Shown piece by piece: positions 37,059-46,839 of a stretch of 64,000 bases of DNA; position 1 is the first letter of the stretch, and each line of letters starts with the position of its first letter. The notes beneath the pieces are model-generated. The model did not search any database. It was not told the origin of the DNA and worked only from the letters and a program-made list of their open reading frames with translations. The translations under genes were made by a program, and so were the position numbers. The DNA is from a virus, in IMG/VR virus record IMGVR_UViG_3300032288_002811, positions 13,391 to 77,390 of that record. One strand, written 5' to 3'.

Positions 37059-37409
37059 TTACCTTGTTACACGTGGTAAAACATCAACAACACCTTCCAA
37101 AACTCTAACAACTGTATTTGCTTGTCCAGGTGCACCTTCATAAGACACTATAGTGTCATATACGTATCGACCTGTAGAAATATTAGCTGTTTGTCTGGAA
37201 TCCAATGATAATGTTATTGTGGATGTTCCTGTGTTTATTGATGTTACGAATGTTGCAGTTGCATTCGCAGAATAATAAGATTTTCTGATTTGACTAAAAC
37301 AAGACGCATTTGAGAGGTCGTAATTATCTCCATAAACGTCATCCAACGTCAACGAAATGTTGAAGGTCGTGCCTTGTTCTAAAAATAAATTCTGGTAACC
37401 TGCGGCCAT
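37059..37409 (-). CDS. Conserved T4-like virion adaptor protein (single beta-sandwich), 116 aa
   Basis: NLFLEQGTTF...YDLS...QIRKSY...TLSL...T...GRYVYD...RVLEG...PRVTR pattern familiar from T4-like phage structural modules. Confidence 0.7.
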   Translation of the reverse strand: MAAGYQNLFLEQGTTFNISLTLDDVYGDNYDLSNASCFSQIRKSYYSANATATFVTSINTGTSTITLSLDSRQTANISTGRYVYDTIVSYEGAPGQANTVVRVLEGVVDVLPRVTR

Positions 37410-37442
37410 AGTAATCTTCTTATTGTTATTCTATTATTTAGT

Positions 37443-37450
37443 TATTTATA
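37443..37450 (-). promoter_or_regulatory. Perfect T4 late promoter TATAAATA (second ACTAAATA at 37435-37442) heading the fibre array
   Basis: tatttata on + strand at 37443-37450. Confidence 0.75.
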
Positions 37451-37529
37451 CTGTAGGAGTGGATTCGCTTTTTGGAATCCAGAAGCTGTCGGAGAAAATT
37501 CTTGGGCCGGAACGCAAAATTTCGAATTT

Positions 37530-40310
37530 TTAGGATTTCTTCAAAGCATCTATTTCCGCCTTCAGTTCTTTGATAGACTCAATCAACAATGGTATCAATT
37601 TCTCATAATGTACAGTCAAATACTTATCATCAATTGGCGCAGGAACAACAATCTCTGGTAAAATCTTTTGTACTTCTTGTGCAGAAACACCAACCTCACG
37701 TTTTACTGTATATCCTAATGCCTGTGCGGTTTCATTTGCTTCGTAATAGAAACCATTAAGTGACATTACCTTTTCCAGAGCATTTTCAATATTACCTATT
37801 CTTGTTTTTAGGTTATCGTCTGAGTAATACGCAGTAATATTGTTAATAGCACGAATTTCACCAGCTGTTCCAGAAGCGGCTGTACCAACACCAAGACTGT
37901 TCATCCTGTAATTATTGCTTATATTGAGTGCGTTTGCACTATCAGATGTTGCAGCAGTTGTAGATGAACTTGCGCTGGTTGCGCTGGTTGCACTAGTTGC
38001 ATTGGAAACTGTAATACCGTAAGTAATTGTATTTGACAACTGTGTGGCAGCCATCGTACCAGTAATTTTAGTACTTGCCACACTAGCAAGTTGGTCACTT
38101 GTGACTGTACCAGTAAGTTTGGTTGTAGCTAAACTTGCAATTTGAGCATTCGTGATAGTACCATCTATCTTAGTATTGGCTATTGATGTAATCCATGAAG
38201 GATTGGCATAACTACCATAAGTATAAACACCACTAGTTACAGTACCTGCATTACCTGTAATACTATGTGTATATGCTGCATCTGTATTTGCCAATGCGTT
38301 ATAAACAAACGCTGTGGTCGCCATTGTGGTGTCATTATTAGATAATGTAGGAGTTAAACCAAATACACGACCAGTAAATGTTGTTCCAGACTTTAATGCA
38401 ACAATAGATGCCAAACCATCAACAGCTAATTGAATTGTATTTGCACTTCCACTAATTGTGGAGTTAATTGTGTATGGAATATTGTTTGCATAATATGGAT
38501 TCAGTATATAACCATCAACTTCAAGTAAAATCACTGCACCAGTTGCAGGTGCAGTATTAAATGTAACAGTTGTTCCGTTTGTTTCTGTATATGTTGATGC
38601 TGCTTGACGAATACCATTAATAAAGACTCTTAATTGATTTGCACCTGGAGTATATGTCGGTGCAGTAAATGCTGTAACAATTTGGTTACCTGTATATGTC
38701 AATCTAGTTGAATTGATTGATGTTCCTGGTGTTGCGCCACCTCCATCACCTGTACCACCTGCAGCCCAATAGTAAGAACCTGGACCACCCGTTGCTAAAA
38801 CATAACCAGATGTAACACCAGAAGCACTTGGTAACAAATTTGTTAGTGCATCTCCAGCTGAAGTTGCACCTGTACCACCGTTAGGTATTGATAATGCTGA
38901 AGTTAATGTTAAACCAGCAAAAGTTGGAGAAGCACTTGTTCTTAGGTCTTGTGATGTGCTAATTGCCAAAGTGTTTGCCGTTGTGGCCACAGCAGTCAGA
39001 CCATTATTACTTGTAAATCTAACACTTCCACTTGATGCAGTAATTGAACCTGTTGTACCAACAATTGTATTTGCAGATGTGTTGGCACGTGAGAATGCTG
39101 AATTTGCATAAGAACCAGAAGAACTCACTCCAGCTTGCAAGAAATTGTTTGCAGCTGTAAACGTTGTGTATATTGTATTGGCTAAATTTGCAGTTGCAAC
39201 ATTTGATGTGCTTGTGTCGGATAAAGAGCTACTGAGATATTCATCTGTAAGAATTCTATTATAATTATTTGAAGTAACGTTTATTATATCAAAATATTTT
39301 GATGTTTCATTCCAACGAATTGATGCATTAGAACCACCAGAAGAACCTCTATTTACACTAATAGAGCTAATTTGTGCAGTTTCTGAACCAGCATTCAATG
39401 TAAATGTATTTGAGTTGTATACTGTAGTTCCATTAATAACAAAATTGCCACCGACACTTAATTGTCCAACTGTTTGTAAAGAACCTATGTAACCAGCTGC
39501 TGAATTTGCATCTAAAAGTGATGATATTGTTACAGTTGGTGCTGTTAAGCTTGTATTGGCTGCTAAAGTGTTTGTATATGCACCACCCGTTACGGATACA
39601 GAAGATGTATTAACAGATGTATTTGCTTGTACTATGCCAGTAGTAACTTTAGTAAATGCATTTAGTGTGCCGGTAGTTGTTGTTGTTGAAACTGTTAATG
39701 CTGCAGTGTTAACATAATTGTTTGATTGTAGATATGGTGTAATTACACCTGTATTTGCTTGAATATTACTCACATAAACATCACCAGAAAAACTACCAAC
39801 GGCGCCTATTACACTACCATTAGCGTTTAATACATTTGTGTATGTTGTTCCTGTAATACTGGCTGTTGCTGTGTTTATTGATATGTTTGCTTGTACCGTA
39901 TTGGCTGTTACTCCATATCGTATCGTGGTGTTTCCACCCATGTTTGTATTATTTGCAACCGATAAACTAAGTCCGGAAGCTTGTGCTATCAACAAACCAT
40001 TGATGTTTGCTTGTCCTGCGTTTGTTAAACCTAATGTTGTATTTGAGAAATAAACTTGGCCGCCGACACCTAAATTATTGTCTACGTTAGCTGAAGAACC
40101 AACACCTTGCACAAGAAGTTGTTTCTGTATAACAATATTACCATTTGATTGTAAAGCATTTTTTGTGTTTTCACTTAGATATAATGTGCCAGAATCTTTA
40201 ATGTAGTCGCCTGTTGCTATTGTATTGTTTTCCGCAATAAGAGCATCGGTCGCAACCATCCATTGACCAAATGTATTGGCATAACTTATAGTTGATACTG
40301 TATTTGCCAT
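37530..40310 (-). CDS. Tail fibre with C-terminal intramolecular chaperone (peptidase S74-like)
   Basis: YSDDNLKT...NALEKVMSLNGFYY...VGVSAQEVQKILPEIV...TVHYEKLIPLLIESIKELKAEI; also a NGGTGATSA..ALTNL fibre motif and ~17-aa TK(I/L)xGT repeats. Confidence 0.85.
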   Translation of the reverse strand: MANTVSTISYANTFGQWMVATDALIAENNTIATGDYIKDSGTLYLSENTKNALQSNGNIVIQKQLLVQGVGSSANVDNNLGVGGQVYFSNTTLGLTNAGQANINGLLIAQASGLSLSVANNTNMGGNTTIRYGVTANTVQANISINTATASITGTTYTNVLNANGSVIGAVGSFSGDVYVSNIQANTGVITPYLQSNNYVNTAALTVSTTTTTGTLNAFTKVTTGIVQANTSVNTSSVSVTGGAYTNTLAANTSLTAPTVTISSLLDANSAAGYIGSLQTVGQLSVGGNFVINGTTVYNSNTFTLNAGSETAQISSISVNRGSSGGSNASIRWNETSKYFDIINVTSNNYNRILTDEYLSSSLSDTSTSNVATANLANTIYTTFTAANNFLQAGVSSSGSYANSAFSRANTSANTIVGTTGSITASSGSVRFTSNNGLTAVATTANTLAISTSQDLRTSASPTFAGLTLTSALSIPNGGTGATSAGDALTNLLPSASGVTSGYVLATGGPGSYYWAAGGTGDGGGATPGTSINSTRLTYTGNQIVTAFTAPTYTPGANQLRVFINGIRQAASTYTETNGTTVTFNTAPATGAVILLEVDGYILNPYYANNIPYTINSTISGSANTIQLAVDGLASIVALKSGTTFTGRVFGLTPTLSNNDTTMATTAFVYNALANTDAAYTHSITGNAGTVTSGVYTYGSYANPSWITSIANTKIDGTITNAQIASLATTKLTGTVTSDQLASVASTKITGTMAATQLSNTITYGITVSNATSATSATSASSSTTAATSDSANALNISNNYRMNSLGVGTAASGTAGEIRAINNITAYYSDDNLKTRIGNIENALEKVMSLNGFYYEANETAQALGYTVKREVGVSAQEVQKILPEIVVPAPIDDKYLTVHYEKLIPLLIESIKELKAEIDALKKS

Positions 40311-40311
40311 T

Positions 40312-40533
40312 TTAACCTTTTTCTAATAGTTTTACCATCAGTTTTTTAATATCTGATATGTCGTTTTTGATGTTGTTCATTTCTGCTCTAACATTATTTA
40401 TTTGCTGAGCTTGAGTTTCAGCAAATTTGCGTTTAACTTTATAATCTTCTGCACCAGATAAATCTTTGTTAATCAAGGCCATACTCTCCGTATCACGATA
40501 CAGATTTGTTCCGTTTATTGGTAATAAAGCCAT
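40312..40533 (-). CDS. Small conserved coiled-coil protein, 73 aa
   Basis: LYRDTESMALINKD then heptad-rich INNVRAEMNNIKNDISDIKKLM; directly downstream of the VrlC-like gene. Confidence 0.7.
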   Translation of the reverse strand: MALLPINGTNLYRDTESMALINKDLSGAEDYKVKRKFAETQAQQINNVRAEMNNIKNDISDIKKLMVKLLEKG

Positions 40534-40535
40534 AA

Positions 40536-43500
40536 TTAGAATGTTGTATTAACGTTTGATGGAAGAGCAATTACACGTAAATCGGTAGCAAATGGTACAT
40601 ATGTGTTATCCGAACTTGTCATAACCACTTTGATAGCAAATTGACTAAATGTTGTATATGTTTGTCCATTTTGACTTGTATAGGTTACATAACCTTGGTC
40701 AACACCTGAAGTTCCTGGTGCAAATACAAATTCATATTTGTCATCTCTTGTATTTGAATATAATGAACCGGAACTTTTAATCTTTGTCATTAATTGCCAT
40801 GAACTGTCATCAAATGTTTGTGTATCATTTCTGTTCAAAATCTTGTAATATACATGAATGTCAGTATTTACAGGACGATAAGCAGTTAAGTAAACATTTA
40901 GGTCACCAGAATCAAATGTCGGATCCAGAACAACCTTCTTACTTACATATTTAGCCAACATGTTACCGCCGTTTTTGGATGTTTCACCTGTAACGATTGC
41001 GGTTGCACCTGTACCAGGTGTATTATTGGCGTCTGTAATTGTAATTGTCGGTGTTGTAATATAACCAGAACCATTACTTGTTAAGTAAACTGATTGAATT
41101 ATACCACCAACAATATTAGCAGCAGCTTGTGCTGTTACACCACCCAAACCTGTAGGTGCAGAAACTGTAACAGATGTACAACTTGCATTATAACCTGTTC
41201 CGGCCGCTGTTAATGTGATAACAGAATTGGACAACTCACCATTGTTGATATTCCATTTAATTCCATATACGGAAAGACCAGCATCAGAAATTATTGGACT
41301 TACTGCATTATCACTCGTTCTCAATTGGCTGTATAAGGAGAATGATGTATCTGAATTTGCAAGCAATATACGTTCACCTAGACCGTCAGACAAATAAATG
41401 TCATCTTGAGTTGGTGTTCCAAATTTACCAGGATTAATATATTTTGTTCCTGCAGCAGTACCACCAACTAATGTTGCATTGTATGAATATCCAACTGATG
41501 TTGTAGAAGGCAAGAAATCGGTTGTTGTAATATTAAATGCATCAATCAGAGAATCTGTTGTAGAGAATGTATCTGTTGTGCTTGAGAGATTGTTTGCATT
41601 CAAATAGTAATTAATACTTTGGTCAATAAATGTTCTTTCTGGTAATTTATTTGGAACCACATATTGAATAGTTGGACTTGCAGCTGTATCAAACACACAA
41701 CGGTCAGCCACAAACATTAAACTCTGATTTTGGTCAGCTGTCCATGTTTGTGAATTTTGTGATGTAAATAATCCACCAGTATATGGTGCACCACTAATTT
41801 TTGTAATTGTTGTTGGTAATGGATCATTTGGTAAGTTCTTCACAGAAGAAGAAAGTGCTGTATCTCCATTTGATGCGGTCCACATTGTGTATTCATTTGA
41901 ATTAGATTTTAATATGAATGCATACAATACACCAGGTTGAATATAAACTGGCGCAGAGAAGGCAAATTGCGTGGATGTATTTGAATCCAAGTATTGTGGA
42001 GAACTAGAAGTTTTTACCATATCAGGTGTCAATGAAACAACTGAATGATCTAATGTATTACCATCTGGATAACCATTTTGTGTACCAACAATAGTCAATC
42101 TAATTGGTGAATTATCTGATGTTGGTTTTGAAGCAAAGAAGAATGATGCTGAGCTCAAGAACATACCATTAGGGAAATTAGTTTTATCAACAATAAATGT
42201 TTGTGCAACTGGATCCCAAGGATCATAATTATCAGCAATCAATACATTATGTCTATAATTTGTGGATGTAAATGTTCCCTTGGCACTTGCCGGTGAAGAT
42301 GAATAATCTACTGTTTGTGCAGTTGTTTGTAAACCTTCTGCATAATAGACGCCTTCAGCATAAGTTGTCTCTGTTCCTGGATTATTATTAATTCTATTAT
42401 CAATACGAAGTGTTCTTTGACCATTATGGAAAGAATTTTCAGGTAAATTAAATACACCATAGATTGAACCAGATTCATCTGTTTTGAATGAACCTATAGA
42501 ATATATGTCATCTTCTGCACAAGTAATTGCTGTTGATAGTGTTATAGTTTTTGAGGATCCATTGTATGAAGCAATATTTGCTGATTGTCCTGCGCCTGTA
42601 CCAGCACAAACATAAAATGTATTTCCGTTATAATATTGATTTGTACTAGAAGCTAAAGCACTTATTTGTATTGATGTTGTATTTGCAACAGTATCAATCC
42701 TTCCACCAAAGTGAGATGTGGTTGATAGTGTACCTGATGCTGATGTGGATGTATATGATCCTGCCGCATTAAAGAAAGCATTCTGTATTGTTCCGTTACT
42801 TGTATATGTTCCAGAATATTGGTCAGCTGCAACATACAATCTAACACTATGTGTTCCAATATATGTGTTTATGAGTGATGAAGTAATCTGTACACCCATG
42901 ACACGACCTGTAGGTGTAAATGAACCACTTGCATAGTAACCAATGATATCACCTTCTTTGAACATACCAGTAACACCAGTCAACTCAATCATGTTGGCTT
43001 TACGAATATAATTGTTTACGTTTATACCATCAAAGTAATAATTTACTGTGGCATTGAACAACATGTTTTTTCCACGTGTAACAATTTGTTGTGGACGCAT
43101 CCATGGTAATATAGAGATATCAGTAATATAACCGTTATTCAATGCATATGCACCAACTTTGTCGTATGCACCAAATGTGTTTGTTTGCACTTGGTCAGCA
43201 TATGTCTTTGTTTCAGTATAACCAATATTTGTTGTACCATAACCATAACTTCCTTGAGGAACAAATGTATTTACAAACCGGCCATGATTTTCCACATTAG
43301 TAACTGTGCTATATGTAGTTCCTGGAATAGTTTTCCAGTCACCATTAGTCATTTGATTGATGTTATTACTTGCTTGGAAAACTTGCAAGTTTGGATCGAC
43401 AACTAGTAAAGCTGGAGAGTAATTGGTATCTACCCAATTATCTACGTTTGGTGATAATGAAACATAACCATCTCTTACAGAGAATGAGAATGGATTAACA

Positions 43501-46500
43501 TTAACTGTTCTGGATGCAAATTTTTGTGAAATTACATTTGATGTTGTGTATGGTAAACTAAAATAATTTATGTCACCATCTGTGTTGATTCCATAACCTA
43601 ATGAAATAGAAGAATCTATTTTACCCATATTATATGCTGTTGCAATAGATTTTAACGGATAGTTTTTCACACTTTGTGTGGCAGTCATTATACGGTCACG
43701 TTTATTGATTGTGGCCTTAAAGTCTCCGTTATATGTATCTCCAGTAGCAAAACTAGAAAAGTCATCAACAAGAATACCGTTTTTGAATCTATTCAAACCA
43801 TATGCATCGGATATCTGAAGTGATGTTGTTTTTTGTTCTAACAAATTTAATGATGTATAATACTCAATGCCATTAATTCTATTTTCCAAGCCAGCAATGT
43901 CTTGCATTGTATATCGCTTGTGTTTAACTTTATCGATTGATAAATCAGCAATTGTTCCTGATGGAGCTTCAGTTGGAATATAACCTGTATATGGATTATG
44001 AGTTAGATTGGCAATTACCAAAGAACCATCTGGTTCAGAAGGGAACAATGGATTAATAGAAGGTGATCCTTCAATAATTTTGAAACTTCTATCTTTGGTT
44101 AAAACTAATTTATCTTTTCTACCAAGATAGTATTCATAATTTGTTGTGAATGTTGTAAGGTCTGATGGAATAAAAATACCTGGTCTATTATCACCGATAT
44201 TATTGTATTTAAATCCAAAAGTTGCCGTTGCATTTGTACGAGCAGGCCTAAAATCTAAAGAATCACGTAGTTGATATGTGGTACCATGTTTACTTGTATA
44301 TGTTGGTATATTTGTATATGCTGATGGTAATGTTGAATCGATATAAGAACTCAAAGCAAAATAACCATCACCACCAGTATGTTGATAATAATTGACCAAC
44401 ACAAGAATGTTACCTTTTGGTTGAGCTGCACCAGGAATTAAAGTAATTGATGCGTGGTCATAGTAACTATCTCTTTGTCCATTATCAAAAGAATAACGAT
44501 TTGTAACATCATAAGAAGAATTTGTCAACATAGCCAATGTTGGTGTAGTACCAACATCTTTTGTATCAATAATCTTAACGATTGATTGAACGTCAGACAA
44601 ATATAAGGATTGTTTACTTCTAGGTGTAACCAATCCGGCTTGTTGAATATATATTTGGCCAGTTGAAGTTAGTGATGCATCATCAACAAAAGTATATGTT
44701 GCAACAGTAGTGCCGTTTGTTTTAATTGTTGTTGTATTAGCGGTAATTAAATTTTTGAATTTTAAGAAATGACTTGAGTTATCAGCATTTGTAGCATATA
44801 CTTTTTCTAATACAGTTGCTGTAAATCCGCCACCAATACTTGCTACTGGAATACTTAATGTAGCTGTTGCGCCAGTGATGTTTATTGTTCCACCTAAAGC
44901 TGCCCAAGGTATAGTTTGGCCAACTACCATGTTTGAGGTACCAGCACTAGTGACAACAAATAACCAATTTTGTGTAATAGCATCAGAACTTAAATTGCCA
45001 TTACCTAAATGTGAAACAACACCGGCATAGTCATTACTGGAATATACAATTTGTTGTACCGCATCACTTCCAGTAACGTTAAAGTTGACGCCTGTAGTTA
45101 ATTGTTGTGTAGTATAAGAAGCACTTGACAACGATGCAACATAAGGTGAACCAATAGTATACAATAATTCTGGTGCACCTGGATTTTCTAAAATAGTGGC
45201 ACCAGTAGAAACACCACCAACACGACCTGATGCATTATTAATACTTGCATAAGCAGTGATTGCAAAAGTTGCGTTTGCTGATACAATAGTATCAACATCT
45301 TTGATATCAAAATTTAATTCAAATACCGATGTTGTATCAGGTGTAACTGTCCAGTTTTGATTAACGGTTGCAACTCTAGTTACACCATTATATGAAGTGA
45401 TTGTGCGGAAATCACCAGCACTTGTACCTTTTTTGATAGAAATATTTACACCAACATATGAGGTGTTAGATTGTGAGTATGTACCAGGTAAAGTAATTGT
45501 ACTTGCCGTAGCAGCAATCGCATTGGCTGTCAATACAGCATTTTGAATGTCATGTACATATGCTTTATACACATATGTATTTGCATCATTACTATTTGTA
45601 TTATAATCATAAATAAAATTTCGAAGATATGCAGTACCAACAACGGTAGAATTATATGTTGCGGTATTGGTACTAATAATGTTTGCTGTTGTAACACAAT
45701 GTAGGTCAACTGATTGTCCTGTAGTTACACCAAAAAATGATCCAGCTGCACCACCACGCACGGTATCAACATAGAAGTATGAACCGTAGTCAATGAATGC
45801 AGGTGTGTTATCCTGTGAACCTGTAGTTCTGGCACGATTAGATACCAAATCTACATTTTTAGAATTTTGAATGCGATAACCATGTACATATGCCAAACCT
45901 TTACCAACAGTTAATGTATATAATTCTGTATTGGCATTTGTTCTTGGTGTTAATTTGTAATCTTCAACGACATAATCGCCATTTGTTTCATAATCACGTT
46001 TTGCAAAATAATCATCAATAACATTATATACAGAACTTTCAACTAGATTTGAAACAACACCGGCTTCAACACGAACTAATTCCACAAATTTATCATCATC
46101 ACCTAATGTAATTGGACGTGTATCCAATTCTAATGATATAACATAACGGTCAGCTCCTGGTGCCTGATAGTTTGATGCACCAATTGCTGGATCCAATAAA
46201 GATGCGTCATTGATGTAATCGTAAATTGTTTCTGTAATTGTAAGACCAACACGTTTTGTTGGTGTATTACTATATTTGTCTAATATTGTTGTAGATGGAG
46301 AAATTTGTACAAAATTACCCAAAATGTAAAACACACCTTGTGCAATAGAAGCAACAGATGCTAAACCAGTTGCATCAGCGACAATTGCTGTTGCTGCCAA
46401 ATTAGATACAGTATCAAATATTGTATCACCATCTTGAAATTGATTACCAGATTTATAAGAAAGTATCAGAGTTGGTGGATCTCCACCAGTCGCTGTAGCC

Positions 46501-46829
46501 ACAGCAACAACACGGGCAACGATTGTACCGGATGAGTCTGAAACTAACAAACCATTAAAATCTGTTACATCAACAGCAGCATTATTGTATGATGTTTGTA
46601 TTTTTACATAATATACATTTAAATTTGTTGTTACTTGCCCACCAGTGACTGGTGAATTTTGTTTGAAGATATTATCAGCAAACTTTGTAACTTGATCCTG
46701 CAGGATGGTTTGAGCCTGAGTTAATTCTCTGGCTTGAACCGCACGACCTGGTTTAAATAAAATACGATGGAAGTTTTTTGTTCCGTCAAAATCATCGTAA
46801 TATGGATCAACGTTAAAATTCAGAGACAT
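40536..46829 (-). CDS. Large virion structural protein, VrlC/DUF4815-like, 2097 aa
   Basis: NFNVDPYYDDFD..KNFHRILFKPGRAVQARELTQAQTILQDQ, APGADRY, RYTMQDI..LENRI..IEYYTSLNLLE, RFKNGILVDDF, DPVAQTF. Confidence 0.85.
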   Translation of the reverse strand: MSLNFNVDPYYDDFDGTKNFHRILFKPGRAVQARELTQAQTILQDQVTKFADNIFKQNSPVTGGQVTTNLNVYYVKIQTSYNNAAVDVTDFNGLLVSDSSGTIVARVVAVATATGGDPPTLILSYKSGNQFQDGDTIFDTVSNLAATAIVADATGLASVASIAQGVFYILGNFVQISPSTTILDKYSNTPTKRVGLTITETIYDYINDASLLDPAIGASNYQAPGADRYVISLELDTRPITLGDDDKFVELVRVEAGVVSNLVESSVYNVIDDYFAKRDYETNGDYVVEDYKLTPRTNANTELYTLTVGKGLAYVHGYRIQNSKNVDLVSNRARTTGSQDNTPAFIDYGSYFYVDTVRGGAAGSFFGVTTGQSVDLHCVTTANIISTNTATYNSTVVGTAYLRNFIYDYNTNSNDANTYVYKAYVHDIQNAVLTANAIAATASTITLPGTYSQSNTSYVGVNISIKKGTSAGDFRTITSYNGVTRVATVNQNWTVTPDTTSVFELNFDIKDVDTIVSANATFAITAYASINNASGRVGGVSTGATILENPGAPELLYTIGSPYVASLSSASYTTQQLTTGVNFNVTGSDAVQQIVYSSNDYAGVVSHLGNGNLSSDAITQNWLFVVTSAGTSNMVVGQTIPWAALGGTINITGATATLSIPVASIGGGFTATVLEKVYATNADNSSHFLKFKNLITANTTTIKTNGTTVATYTFVDDASLTSTGQIYIQQAGLVTPRSKQSLYLSDVQSIVKIIDTKDVGTTPTLAMLTNSSYDVTNRYSFDNGQRDSYYDHASITLIPGAAQPKGNILVLVNYYQHTGGDGYFALSSYIDSTLPSAYTNIPTYTSKHGTTYQLRDSLDFRPARTNATATFGFKYNNIGDNRPGIFIPSDLTTFTTNYEYYLGRKDKLVLTKDRSFKIIEGSPSINPLFPSEPDGSLVIANLTHNPYTGYIPTEAPSGTIADLSIDKVKHKRYTMQDIAGLENRINGIEYYTSLNLLEQKTTSLQISDAYGLNRFKNGILVDDFSSFATGDTYNGDFKATINKRDRIMTATQSVKNYPLKSIATAYNMGKIDSSISLGYGINTDGDINYFSLPYTTSNVISQKFASRTVNVNPFSFSVRDGYVSLSPNVDNWVDTNYSPALLVVDPNLQVFQASNNINQMTNGDWKTIPGTTYSTVTNVENHGRFVNTFVPQGSYGYGTTNIGYTETKTYADQVQTNTFGAYDKVGAYALNNGYITDISILPWMRPQQIVTRGKNMLFNATVNYYFDGINVNNYIRKANMIELTGVTGMFKEGDIIGYYASGSFTPTGRVMGVQITSSLINTYIGTHSVRLYVAADQYSGTYTSNGTIQNAFFNAAGSYTSTSASGTLSTTSHFGGRIDTVANTTSIQISALASSTNQYYNGNTFYVCAGTGAGQSANIASYNGSSKTITLSTAITCAEDDIYSIGSFKTDESGSIYGVFNLPENSFHNGQRTLRIDNRINNNPGTETTYAEGVYYAEGLQTTAQTVDYSSSPASAKGTFTSTNYRHNVLIADNYDPWDPVAQTFIVDKTNFPNGMFLSSASFFFASKPTSDNSPIRLTIVGTQNGYPDGNTLDHSVVSLTPDMVKTSSSPQYLDSNTSTQFAFSAPVYIQPGVLYAFILKSNSNEYTMWTASNGDTALSSSVKNLPNDPLPTTITKISGAPYTGGLFTSQNSQTWTADQNQSLMFVADRCVFDTAASPTIQYVVPNKLPERTFIDQSINYYLNANNLSSTTDTFSTTDSLIDAFNITTTDFLPSTTSVGYSYNATLVGGTAAGTKYINPGKFGTPTQDDIYLSDGLGERILLANSDTSFSLYSQLRTSDNAVSPIISDAGLSVYGIKWNINNGELSNSVITLTAAGTGYNASCTSVTVSAPTGLGGVTAQAAANIVGGIIQSVYLTSNGSGYITTPTITITDANNTPGTGATAIVTGETSKNGGNMLAKYVSKKVVLDPTFDSGDLNVYLTAYRPVNTDIHVYYKILNRNDTQTFDDSSWQLMTKIKSSGSLYSNTRDDKYEFVFAPGTSGVDQGYVTYTSQNGQTYTTFSQFAIKVVMTSSDNTYVPFATDLRVIALPSNVNTTF

Positions 46830-46839
46830 TTTTTTCCTT

